The notes: generated by a model from the letters alone, not told the origin. A DNA stretch of 64,000 nucleotides from an uncultured Gemmatimonadales bacterium (GCA_963828735.1 CAWHFW010000005.1:1536001-1600000); one strand, 5' to 3'. Shown: positions 28,764-37,828, counted from the stretch's first letter. A program made the numbers and translations.

Positions 28764-30344
28764 ATGCTCGTACCCAGCCGATCGTTCCGCCTGCTCGCCG
28801 CGCTCGGCGCGGCCACTCTGCCGTCCACCACCGCCCTGGCCCAGAAGCCCGCCGCGCCGCCGCCCGGCTTCGATGCCTACGTGGCCCAGGTGCTCAAGGC
28901 CTTCACCGTCCCGGGCGCCGCCGTGGCGATCGTGAAGGACGGAAAGGTCGTGCTCGCCAAGGGCTACGGGGTTCGTCGGCTCGGCGAGCCCACGCCGGTG
29001 GACGCGCAGACGCAGTTCGGCATTGCCTCCAACACGAAGCTGTTCACCGCCAGCTCATTGGCGATGCTGGTCGAGGCGGGGAAGCTCGAGTGGGACGCCC
29101 CGGTGATTCGCTACCTGCCGTGGTTCGCGATGTACGACCCATTCGTCACCCGCGAGCTCACCGTGCGTGACCTGCTGGTCCATCGAAGCGGACTCGGACT
29201 GGGCGCAGGGGACCTGCTCTGGTGGCCGCCGTCCACGTACGACCGGAAGGAAATCGCTCGCCGGCTCCGATACATCAAGCCGGCGACCTCGTTCCGCACG
29301 GCGTACACCTACGACAACGTCCTCTATCTCGTTGCGGGCCAGGTGATCGAGGCCGTCTCCGGCCAGAGCTGGGAGGACTTCGTCCGCACGCACATTCTCC
29401 AGCCGGTCGGGATGACCCACAGCGACGTCTACCACTCGGCGGCCGGCCGCGCCGGCAACGTCGCCACACCCCATGCCGAGGTGAATGACACCGTCCGTCC
29501 GGTCGCTCCGTTCCTCAGCGACAACACCAACCCGGCCGGCGGCGTCGTGTCGGGTGCCGAAGACATCGCCAAGTGGCTCATCGTCCAGCTCGATTCGGGG
29601 CGCGTGGCCGGCGGGTCGCCACTCTTCTCGCCCGCGAGCACGCGGCAGCTCTGGCGAGAGGTGACGCCCGAACCGATCGGGGAGCCCGTGCCCGGCCTCG
29701 AACACCTCAGACCCAGCTTCTACGGTTACGCACTCGGCGTCGAGACCCGCGACTACCGCGGCAAACAGATGCTCACGCACACCGGCGGCCTCCCTGGGTA
29801 CGTCTCTCGTCTCGCGATGATCCCCGAGCTTCGGCTCGGCGTCGCGGTTCTGACCAATCAGGAATCGGGCCTCGCTTTCAACGCGATCGTCTATCGCGCG
29901 CTGGACCATTACCTCGGCGCGAAGCCGCCCGACTACATCGGCATCTACGGTGGGGTTCTGGCCCAGAATCGCTCCAAGCTGGCTCAACTCGAATCGTCGG
30001 CCGCCTCCGAACGGGACTCGACGGCCGGGCCTTCGCTGCCGCCGACGAAGTATGTCGGCACCTACCGCGACACCTGGTACGGCGACGTGAGCGTCACCCA
30101 GGAGGGCGCCGGCCTCGTCATCCGCATGATGCAGACGCCGGGCATGGTGGGCGACCTCCGTCATTGGCAGCACGACACCTTCATCGCTCGCTGGAGGGAT
30201 CGCGAGTTGCGCGCCGACGCGTTCGTGACCTTCGCGCTCAACCCCGACGGGAGCATCGACCAGGTGAAGATGGCGCCGACCTCTCCGGCGGTGGACTTCA
30301 GCTTCGACTTCCAGGATCTGCTCCTCCGCCCTGTGGTCAAATGA
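28764..30344 (+). CDS. Secreted serine hydrolase (beta-lactamase family) with C-terminal DUF3471-like domain
   Basis: IASNTK (SxxK), YTYDN (YxN), HTGG; C-terminal YVGTYRDTWYG...DFSFDFQDL. Confidence 0.9.
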   Translation: MLVPSRSFRLLAALGAATLPSTTALAQKPAAPPPGFDAYVAQVLKAFTVPGAAVAIVKDGKVVLAKGYGVRRLGEPTPVDAQTQFGIASNTKLFTASSLAMLVEAGKLEWDAPVIRYLPWFAMYDPFVTRELTVRDLLVHRSGLGLGAGDLLWWPPSTYDRKEIARRLRYIKPATSFRTAYTYDNVLYLVAGQVIEAVSGQSWEDFVRTHILQPVGMTHSDVYHSAAGRAGNVATPHAEVNDTVRPVAPFLSDNTNPAGGVVSGAEDIAKWLIVQLDSGRVAGGSPLFSPASTRQLWREVTPEPIGEPVPGLEHLRPSFYGYALGVETRDYRGKQMLTHTGGLPGYVSRLAMIPELRLGVAVLTNQESGLAFNAIVYRALDHYLGAKPPDYIGIYGGVLAQNRSKLAQLESSAASERDSTAGPSLPPTKYVGTYRDTWYGDVSVTQEGAGLVIRMMQTPGMVGDLRHWQHDTFIARWRDRELRADAFVTFALNPDGSIDQVKMAPTSPAVDFSFDFQDLLLRPVVK

Positions 30345-30354
30345 TCGCCAGTCG

Positions 30355-30370
30355 TGGCCCTGGCCTTGCT
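30355..30370 (+). promoter_or_regulatory. Possible sigma54 -24/-12 promoter
   Basis: TGGCCC-TGGCC-TTGCT, one mismatch to TGGCAC-N5-TTGCW. Confidence 0.45.
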
Positions 30371-30516
30371 GATTCGGGCGACGTCCACGTCGTTCAGGCG
30401 ACCGGCGCCGCCGGAGCACCAGGGTCCAACTTGAGTCAGGGCAACACCTTGAGGTGATGCCTGGGCCTGGTCCCTGGTGCGCTCGCTCCCCGCACGCGCC
30501 CCGGAGGGCCCAGGCG

Positions 30517-31302
30517 ATGACCCGAATCGCAAGACTTCTCTGCGCCATGGCCATGGGTGCCGGCGCCCTCGCTCCGGCGCACCTCCACGCCCAGACTACC
30601 GCCACACCCGCCGAGCCCGTGCTCGAGCGCCGGACCATGCCGGCGCCGGTCGCGAGGGTGGAGCCGGACCCGTGGCTCGTATCGTACATCGGGCTCAGCG
30701 GCCGGACGGCGCGTATGAATCTCGCCCAGCTCGACCGCGCGCTGGAGCCGTACGGCGCCACCTACGCCAGGCTCCTTCCCGAGGACCGAACCCGGGTTCG
30801 ACAGTCGTTCGAGGATTTGATTCCCGGCCAGCGGTTCAGCCGGTATTCGCTCACCGAGCCGCAATCGAGAGCGATCGTGTACCTCGCCCTCGGCACGTGG
30901 GAACGGCGCGGCCCGGATCGGGATTGCGCCTCGCCGAGACGCAGAGGCACCGGCTGCCGCCAGGCGATCGACAGCATGAGTCGCCGCGCGGCCTGGATCC
31001 ATTCGGCGGCGCTCGGGCTCGCCCGTGCGAGCAATCGCCGGCCGCGTCCGGAGGAGCTGGCCGATCTACGCGCGATGAACGAGCACGCGCGAGAGATGGC
31101 GGTCGGGGCCGCCGGCTGCGGCTGCCCCCAAGCGCGAACGGACTCGGAGGCGTTGCTTGCCGCGACCCGTGAGGCGCAGGATGTCTACCAGGCCTCCACG
31201 ATGCCCGCCTGGATGAGCCTGGGTGACCAGCGAGTCCAGCGCATCGCGCGCCTGGGCGACTCGCTGGAGCGCACCTTCATCGGCTGCCTGGGCCAGCGCT
31301 GA
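30517..31302 (+). CDS. Secreted hypothetical protein, Cys-containing
   Basis: GGAGG SD; signal peptide MTRIARLLCAMAMGAGALAPAHLHA. Confidence 0.65.
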   Translation: MTRIARLLCAMAMGAGALAPAHLHAQTTATPAEPVLERRTMPAPVARVEPDPWLVSYIGLSGRTARMNLAQLDRALEPYGATYARLLPEDRTRVRQSFEDLIPGQRFSRYSLTEPQSRAIVYLALGTWERRGPDRDCASPRRRGTGCRQAIDSMSRRAAWIHSAALGLARASNRRPRPEELADLRAMNEHAREMAVGAAGCGCPQARTDSEALLAATREAQDVYQASTMPAWMSLGDQRVQRIARLGDSLERTFIGCLGQR

Positions 31303-31469
31303 GCGCGGGCCATGCCGGCTACCGCGCCGAGATGTCGACGCCGCGGTGATCGTATCGCCCTCGCCGTATCGCGCATCGCACCGGTTTCGGGGGCTGGCCG
31401 CCGATGCTTACTTCACCCCGCCAGCGCCGCCAACAGCAGGCAGGCCGACGCTTGTGTAGTCCATCTCAT
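31303..31469 (-). pseudogene. Small lipoprotein gene with TGA at the lipobox Cys (pseudogene or recoded); 3' end uncertain
   Basis: GAGGAGAGG SD, ATG 31469, MRWTTQASACLLLAALAG-TGA-SKHRRPAPETGAMRDTA. Confidence 0.55.
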
Positions 31470-31590
31470 GGGTTGTACCTCTCCTCAGTGACAGAGCGAT
31501 GCCTTTCCACCCGTCCAGGCGAGGGTGCGAATCGGAAACGCTCACCGGCGTGACCACCGTCACCTCACGCGAGGTCTCCCAGGAGCCGTC

Positions 31591-32538
31591 GTGCAACACC
31601 CCATACGTCATCTGCATCATGTCACGGCCACCGTCGCGCAGGCGCAGCCCGACCTGGATTTCTGTCGCGGGCTGCTCGGCCTGCGACTCGTCAAGCGGAC
31701 GGTGAACTTCGACAATCACAGCGTCTACCACTTCTACTATGGCACCGAGCGGGGCGCGCCGGGCACGATCTGGACGACGTTTCCGTACGCCGGATGGAGC
31801 GTGCCGCCAGGCCTCCACGGCGCGGGACAGATCGTGGCGACCACCTTCTCCGTTCCACGCGGCGCGCTCGCGCACTGGCGGTCCCGTGCCGACGGCGCCG
31901 CACTCGACGCGGAGGAGGGCGCCGAGCGGTTCGGGGAACGACCACTCGTCTTGCGTGACCCATCCGGCCTCGTGGTCGAGCTCATTCCCGACGATCGCGA
32001 CACGCGACCAGCGTGGCCGGGTGGCAACGTGGAACCGACGGCGGCGATCCGCGGGCTGCACAGTGTGACTTTGCTGCTCCGTGATCGTGCTCGCACGATC
32101 GAGCTCATGACGACCCTCCTCGGCTTCTCGGTGGTGGATGAGATCTCGGATCGGACACGACTGGCCGTGGGTGGGAACGCACCTGGGCACCTCGTCGATC
32201 TCGTGACATCCGAAGCCGCGCCCCCCGCGCGCAACGGCCTGGGAACGGTCCACCACGTGGCCTTCGCGATCGACGGCGCCGAGGAGCAGCGTCGGTTGCG
32301 CGAGGAGCTCCTCGGGCTCGGGTACGATGTCACCCCCGTGCGCGATCGCACGTATTTCCAGTCGATCTACTTCCGCGAGCCCGGCGGCGTGCTGTTCGAG
32401 GTCGCGACGATGGCGCCGGGATTCACGGTGGACGAACCCTTGGAGGCCCTCGGAAACGGGCTCAAGCTTCCACCCTGGGAGGAGTCCAACCGACCAGCCA
32501 TCGAGGCGACGCTCCCGACGCTCGACTCCGCGGTTTAG
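31591..32538 (+). CDS. Ring-cleaving dioxygenase, VOC/glyoxalase (Mhq-like), second paralog
   Basis: LHHVTA, LVKRTVNFD, GTVHHVAF, DRTYFQSIYFREPGGVLFEVAT; AGGAG before GTG 31591. Confidence 0.88.
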   Translation: MQHPIRHLHHVTATVAQAQPDLDFCRGLLGLRLVKRTVNFDNHSVYHFYYGTERGAPGTIWTTFPYAGWSVPPGLHGAGQIVATTFSVPRGALAHWRSRADGAALDAEEGAERFGERPLVLRDPSGLVVELIPDDRDTRPAWPGGNVEPTAAIRGLHSVTLLLRDRARTIELMTTLLGFSVVDEISDRTRLAVGGNAPGHLVDLVTSEAAPPARNGLGTVHHVAFAIDGAEEQRRLREELLGLGYDVTPVRDRTYFQSIYFREPGGVLFEVATMAPGFTVDEPLEALGNGLKLPPWEESNRPAIEATLPTLDSAV

Positions 32539-32583
32539 CTTCGACGGCACCTCCTCCGTCATCATCCCCCAGCCACGAGGCGT

Positions 32584-33903
32584 ATGGGTTCGCACCACGA
32601 GGTCGAGCTCCCGCCAGTGTCGCGTCCCGCTCCGCCGTCGCGCCTCGCCCGCCTCGGCCGCAACCTGACGGTCCGGGTTCTGGCCGGGATCGCGCTCGGG
32701 GTCTTGGTCGGTGTTCTGTGGCCTGCCGCGGGACGCGCGATGAAGCCCGTCGGCGACACGTTCGTCAACCTGGTCCGCATGGTGATCGCGCCGATCATCT
32801 TCCTCACGATCACGCTGGGTGTCGCCCACGCGGGCGATCTGAAGCGTGTCGGCCGGGTGGGTCTCAAGGCCTTCGTCTACTTCGAAGTGGTCACCACCTT
32901 CGCGCTGGCCATCGGCCTGGTCGTGATGAACGTGGTCCGCCCGGGCGAGGGGATCGATGCCACGCAGGTCGCGGCCGCCGACGTGTCGCGGTTCACGGCC
33001 CAGGGCGAGGCCCTCACGTTCGTGGACTTCGTCACCCACATCGTTCCGTCCAGCGTGGTCGGCGCCTTCGCGCAGGGCGAGATCCTGCAGGTGGTGTTCT
33101 TTTCCCTTCTGTTCGGGGTGGCACTCGCCTCCCTCGGCCGGGCTGGACGGCCCGTGACCCGGATGCTGGAGCGCCTGATGGAGGTGTTCTTCCGCATCGT
33201 GGCGATCGTCATGCTGGTCGCCCCGATCGGCGCGTTCGGCGCGATGGCGTACACCATCGGCACCTTCGGCGTGGCGTCGCTGCTCACGCTCGGCCGGCTC
33301 ATGGCCTGTGTCTACTTGACGATGGCGCTGTTCATCTTCGTCGTGCTGGGTCTGATCGCGCGGCTGTGGGGATTCAGGCTGCTCCGGCTGCTGGCCCACA
33401 TCAAGGAAGAGATTCTGATCGCGCTCGGGACCTCCTCCAGCGAGACCGTGCTCCCGCGCATGCTGGACAAGATGGAACAGTTCGGGTGCGAGCGGTCGGT
33501 GGTCGGGCTGGTCATTCCGGCGGGGTACTCTTTCAACCTGGACGGGACCTCGATCTATCTTTCGATGGCCACGCTCTTCATCTCACAGGCGTACGGCCTG
33601 CACCTGCCGCTCGCCCAGCAGATCGGGCTGCTGGGCGTCCTCATGATCACCTCCAAGGGCGCGGCCGGCGTCACCGGCTCCGGTTTCATCGTGCTGGCGA
33701 GCACCCTTTCGGCGCTTCGCATCGTGCCCGTAGAGGGCGTGGCGCTTGTGCTCGGCGTGGACCGCTTCATGAGCGAGGCGCGGACCGTCACCAACCTCAT
33801 CGGGAACGCGGTCGCGACGGTCGTGATCGCGAAGAGCGAGAGGGCGTTCGCGAGCCCCGATCCGGTTGTCATCCCGAGCGAAGCGGGGAATCTTGTCCGG
33901 TAG
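32584..33903 (+). CDS. dctA: C4-dicarboxylate:cation symporter DctA
   Basis: MVIAPIIF, YFEVVTTFAL, LGTSSSE, GYSFNLDGTSIY, SKGAAGVTGSGF, GVDRFMSEAR. Confidence 0.93.
   Translation: MGSHHEVELPPVSRPAPPSRLARLGRNLTVRVLAGIALGVLVGVLWPAAGRAMKPVGDTFVNLVRMVIAPIIFLTITLGVAHAGDLKRVGRVGLKAFVYFEVVTTFALAIGLVVMNVVRPGEGIDATQVAAADVSRFTAQGEALTFVDFVTHIVPSSVVGAFAQGEILQVVFFSLLFGVALASLGRAGRPVTRMLERLMEVFFRIVAIVMLVAPIGAFGAMAYTIGTFGVASLLTLGRLMACVYLTMALFIFVVLGLIARLWGFRLLRLLAHIKEEILIALGTSSSETVLPRMLDKMEQFGCERSVVGLVIPAGYSFNLDGTSIYLSMATLFISQAYGLHLPLAQQIGLLGVLMITSKGAAGVTGSGFIVLASTLSALRIVPVEGVALVLGVDRFMSEARTVTNLIGNAVATVVIAKSERAFASPDPVVIPSEAGNLVR
33867..33893. repeat. REP-like palindromic element inside the dctA 3' end
   Basis: TGTCATCCCGAGCGAAGCGGGGAATCT; related GTCATCCCAAGCGCAGGGGAG at 61730. 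Confidence 0.5.
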
Positions 33904-33993
33904 GCGCACGACCCAGGCCGAGCATCCCGATCGGCGGGAATGCCGACGGGCCGCATCCGACGCATCGATCTCATCTCTCGCCGTCGAGACCCC

Positions 33994-35448
33994 ATGACCA
34001 GCCCGACACGCTTCGTCATCCCCGCGCTGATCGCCCTTCTTCTACCCGCCTCTCTCACGGGCCAGGCCGTGGCTCCCGAGGAGTACGCGGCGCGCCGCGA
34101 TTCGCTCGCGGCGCGCCTGGGCGACGGCGTGGTCGTGGCGTTCGGGGCGCCGTCACCCACGGGGGTAAACCGCCAGCCGCAGCTGCCCGCGTTTCGCTGG
34201 CTCACGGGCTTTCTGGAGCCGGACGCAGCGCTGGTCCTGATGCTCCGCGGTGGCCACGCGACCGGAGTCCTCTTCACCCAGCCGCGCGATCCACGGCGCG
34301 TGCTGTACGACGGTTTTCCGCCAGACTCGGCGGCCGTCACCCGCGCCACCGGCCTGGGCGCGCGATCCATCGCGGCGTTGACACCGACCCTGGATTCGCT
34401 GGCCGGAACCGGCCAGACGTTCTTTACCTTGCGCGACTATGCCGGCGACGACTATGCCGACACCGATTCGCTCACGCGTGGCGCGGTCTTCATGCGCGGG
34501 TTCGCGGAGCGGCATCGCAATCTGCAGATCCGGAATGCCCACCCCGCGACGGACAGCCTCCGCGCACGCAAGAGCCCAACCGAGCTGGCTCTTCTTCGCC
34601 GTGCGATCGCGGCCACGGTGGCCGCGCACCGCGAGGCCATGCGCACGGTGCGCCCGGGCATGTGGGAATACGAAATCGAGGCCCTGTTCACCTCCGCGTT
34701 CCGGAAGACCGGTGGAGATGGCCCGGCCTTCGGATCCATCGTGGGATCCGGTCCGAACTCGACGCAATACCACTACGGGGCGAACAACCGGCAGATGAGC
34801 GCGGGAGATGTCGTGGTGATGGACGTCGGCGCCGGATGGAGCGGCTATGCGGCGGATGTGACCCGCACGGTGCCGGTGAGTGGCCGCTTCACCCCCGAGC
34901 AACGCGCGGTCTACCAGATCGTCCGGGACGCGCAGCACGCCGCGGAGCGGGTGGCCGCGCCTGGCGCGTCCTACGAGGCGTGGCGGGATTCCGCACGGGC
35001 GGTCGTGGCGCGCGGCGTGGCCCGGCTCGGGCTCACCGAGGGCGTGGACGCGACCTTCGATCCGCCGTGGTCCGACCAGTGCCGCCAGGAGGCCGTACGC
35101 TGTACGCAGTCGTTCCTGTACATGGCTCACGGCCTCGGCCACGGCATCGGGCTGGAGGTGCACGATCCGCCCCATCCGTGGAAGGACACGGGCGTTTTCG
35201 CTCCCGGCAACGTGTTCACCATCGAGCCCGGCATCTACGTCAGCACGCGGCTGCTGGACATGCTTTCCGACACACCCAAGAACCGCGCGATGATCGCCAA
35301 GGTGCGGGACGCCGTGGCACGCTACAACAACATCGGCATCCGCATCGAGGACGACTACGCGATCACCGGGACCGGGGTGGAGTGGCTGAGTCGGGCGCCG
35401 CGGGAGATCGCCGAGATCGAAGCCGCCATGGCGAGCCGTGGCAAGTAG
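33994..35448 (+). CDS. Xaa-Pro aminopeptidase (M24B), exported
   Basis: Signal peptide; MDVGA..YAADVTRT, HGLGHGIGLEVHD, TIEPGIY, IRIEDD. Confidence 0.9.
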   Translation: MTSPTRFVIPALIALLLPASLTGQAVAPEEYAARRDSLAARLGDGVVVAFGAPSPTGVNRQPQLPAFRWLTGFLEPDAALVLMLRGGHATGVLFTQPRDPRRVLYDGFPPDSAAVTRATGLGARSIAALTPTLDSLAGTGQTFFTLRDYAGDDYADTDSLTRGAVFMRGFAERHRNLQIRNAHPATDSLRARKSPTELALLRRAIAATVAAHREAMRTVRPGMWEYEIEALFTSAFRKTGGDGPAFGSIVGSGPNSTQYHYGANNRQMSAGDVVVMDVGAGWSGYAADVTRTVPVSGRFTPEQRAVYQIVRDAQHAAERVAAPGASYEAWRDSARAVVARGVARLGLTEGVDATFDPPWSDQCRQEAVRCTQSFLYMAHGLGHGIGLEVHDPPHPWKDTGVFAPGNVFTIEPGIYVSTRLLDMLSDTPKNRAMIAKVRDAVARYNNIGIRIEDDYAITGTGVEWLSRAPREIAEIEAAMASRGK

Positions 35449-36064
35449 GACCCCGAGACGGCCGGTCTGGCCGCTCGTCCTGTCGCTGCTGCTCTTCGGG
35501 CTCGCGGTGATCGTGGGACGCGGAGTGGCACGGGGGATGGCCCCGTTACGCCGCCTGACCGGGGGCCAGACGAGCGTCAGTCAGTCGGTCGTGGTCGAGC
35601 AGACCCGCGCCGTCGCCCGGCTGGTCACGAGCGAGACGATGCTCCGCGACGTGGTGATATACGAGAACAGCCGGCTGGGCTCGACCAAGCGCTCGCTGGT
35701 CGTGGTCACCGGGAAGGTGCTGACCGGCTTCGATCTCGATCGGGGCACCGAGGTCACCGTGGACCATCCGTCGCGTCGCATCCGCATCATCTTGCCGCCT
35801 CCAGCGGTCATGGGCGTGGAGATCACCGAGCTCAAGACCTACGACGAGGAGCGGGGGCTGTGGAATCCGTTTCGCCCCGCCGATCGCGACACGATCTTCG
35901 CCCTCGCACGCCGCCAGCTGGTCCGAACCGCGGGTGAAGTGGAGCTGGCCAGACACGCCGAGGAGAGCGCGAGACGCCTGTTGGAGGCCACCGTGCACGC
36001 GGACGGGTACACCACCGAGGTCGAATTCGGCGCCCCGCGGGCGCCCGCCGACAGCGAGCGCTGA
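35438..36064 (+). CDS. DUF4230-like membrane-anchored protein
   Basis: N-terminal TM; VVTGKVLTGFDL, ILPPP, YDEERGLWNPF. Confidence 0.7.
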   Translation: MASRTPRRPVWPLVLSLLLFGLAVIVGRGVARGMAPLRRLTGGQTSVSQSVVVEQTRAVARLVTSETMLRDVVIYENSRLGSTKRSLVVVTGKVLTGFDLDRGTEVTVDHPSRRIRIILPPPAVMGVEITELKTYDEERGLWNPFRPADRDTIFALARRQLVRTAGEVELARHAEESARRLLEATVHADGYTTEVEFGAPRAPADSER

Positions 36065-36075
36065 AGGGGAGAGCC

Positions 36076-36633
36076 ATGCTGGCGTACGTCTTCTGGCACT
36101 GGCCCGGCGCCGGGATCGCGGCCACGGCCTATGAGCAGGCACAGCGCGGCTTCCACGCGGCGCTCGGGGCGGCACCTCCGCCGGCGTTCCTGCGCTCGTG
36201 CTCGTTCGCGGTACGCGGCGCGCCGTGGGCGGCGAATGGAGCCGAGGCCTACGAGGACTGGTACCTCGTCGAAGGATCCGCCGCGCTCGATCCGCTCAAC
36301 GACGCGGCCATCACCGCCTCACGCCAGGCCCCACACGACGCCGCCGCCGCCCTCGCCGCAGGCGGCACCGCCGGACTCTATTCGCTCCGTTTGGGCGCGC
36401 CGGGGGCGCCGCCGGGAACGGCCACCTGGTTCGCCAAGCCCGCCGGCATGTCCTACGCCGACTTGTTCGGGACGTTCGAGCCCGTGGTTCGAGAGCAGAA
36501 GGGCGCGCTCTGGTGCCGGCACATGACGCTGGGCCCCGCACCGGAGTTTTGCCTGCACACCTCCCGTCCGACGCGGCTTCCGGCCGGCTTCGCGCCGCTC
36601 GCCCTCGAGTGTCGCGCGGTGTGGCCGGGGTGA
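36076..36633 (+). CDS. Conserved hypothetical protein
   Basis: GGGGAG SD; MLAYVFWHWP, YEDWYLV, LGPAPEFC. Confidence 0.7.
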   Translation: MLAYVFWHWPGAGIAATAYEQAQRGFHAALGAAPPPAFLRSCSFAVRGAPWAANGAEAYEDWYLVEGSAALDPLNDAAITASRQAPHDAAAALAAGGTAGLYSLRLGAPGAPPGTATWFAKPAGMSYADLFGTFEPVVREQKGALWCRHMTLGPAPEFCLHTSRPTRLPAGFAPLALECRAVWPG

Positions 36634-36651
36634 GCGGTAATGACATCCGAT

Positions 36652-36694
36652 AAAAAAGACGAAGGGGGCATGCCCGTTCGGCATGCCCCCTTCG
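36652..36694 (-). terminator. Rho-independent terminator of the riboswitch-controlled lipoprotein gene
   Basis: CGAAGGGGGCATGCC-GAACG-GGCATGCCCCCTTCG followed by TCTTTTTT. Confidence 0.85.
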
Positions 36695-36714
36695 CGTTGT
36701 ACGGCCCGGGCGAG

Positions 36715-37695
36715 CTACGGGGTGACGTTCATCTGCAGCGTCACGAGGGAACAGCCGATGGCCGTGTTGCATGCGACGACCTCGACGCCGGGACCCGTCA
36801 TCTCCCCGATCAGGTCGCCATTCTCCAGCCCGCTCGTGTAGTTGAGCGCCGGCTGCCCGAAGTACACGGTCCAGACGTTGGCCGGGAATGCGTTGTCGGT
36901 GCCGACGAGAATGCCCGCGCCGGTCGTCGTGTTGCTGCCACCATCGTAGATGAGCTGCGCCACCGGTGAACCGTTCGAGTAAAAGTTCATGACGCGGTTG
37001 CCGGTACCGTCGTTGGCCGTGAACAGCTGCGCCTGGGGCGCGAAGCTGAGCGAAAGCGACGTAGTGGTCGGACCGGTGCGCGCGCACTTGGTGTGAAACG
37101 GATGCGTGTCCTGGCCGCCCGGATTGATCCAGAGTCCCGGCTCCCCGGTCGCGGAGCTCTCGCAGGTGCCCTTGCCGTCGTTGCCCGGGGTGCCGCCGGT
37201 CCCGTAGTCCAGACAGTTCGGGTTGTTCGGGCCGAAGACGTTCCCGTCGGGATCGGTCCAGAAGCCCTTGGGCCCGCAGGTACCGACGCCGTAGAGGCCG
37301 GCCCCCGAGGTCTTGAAGACGAGCGCCGTGCTGCTGCCCGTCGTTCCGGCGGTGCCGCTGCCCGAGGTGTCGTACGCCGCCGGATCAACCGGCTCGATCG
37401 TCGGTGGCGTGCTGTCCCCCGGCGAAGTCCACGTCCCGTTGTTCACGGGATCGCCGGCGCCGGTCGTGTCGGATGTGAAGGTGGTATCGCCCGGGTTGGT
37501 CGAGGTGGTGTCGCCGGGATTGGTGGTCGTGGTGTCGCCGCCGCTCGTGCCGGGGAGGCCGCTGTCGCGCGGACCGCCGGGAACGGGGTTGTCGCGGGTG
37601 CCCGAGCCTGAAGGGGCCGTGAGGTTGTCGCTGTTGGAACAGGCCGTGATGGCCAGGACCGCCACGAGCCCGGCGGCGAGACGCATGCGGAGCAT
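36715..37695 (-). CDS. Hypothetical lipoprotein with Thr/Asp/Gly-rich stalk and two Cys-bracketed repeats
   Basis: AAGGAG SD; MLRMRLAAGLVAVLAITA-C lipobox; GDTTxTNP repeats. Confidence 0.85.
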   Translation of the reverse strand: MLRMRLAAGLVAVLAITACSNSDNLTAPSGSGTRDNPVPGGPRDSGLPGTSGGDTTTTNPGDTTSTNPGDTTFTSDTTGAGDPVNNGTWTSPGDSTPPTIEPVDPAAYDTSGSGTAGTTGSSTALVFKTSGAGLYGVGTCGPKGFWTDPDGNVFGPNNPNCLDYGTGGTPGNDGKGTCESSATGEPGLWINPGGQDTHPFHTKCARTGPTTTSLSLSFAPQAQLFTANDGTGNRVMNFYSNGSPVAQLIYDGGSNTTTGAGILVGTDNAFPANVWTVYFGQPALNYTSGLENGDLIGEMTGPGVEVVACNTAIGCSLVTLQMNVTP

Positions 37696-37748
37696 GTGAT
37701 TCTCCTTCGACTTCACGAGGGTGACCCGGCACAGGTTGCCGGCATCGC

Positions 37749-37828
37749 CCCTTCGACAGCCAGGCTGTCTCAAAGAGACCCTTGGCTTTGCGGACCGGCC
37801 TCGCGGCCGGGGTGCCCTAGTCGAAGGG
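37749..37828 (-). ncRNA. GEMM-I (c-di-GMP-I class) riboswitch, variant
   Basis: CCCUUCGACUAGGGCACCCCGGCC-GCGA-GGCCGGUCCGCAAAGCCAAGGGUCUC-UUU-GAGACAGCCUGGCUGUCGAAGGG: P1, GNRA-capped P2, CGCAAAGCC junction, P3. Confidence 0.85.
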
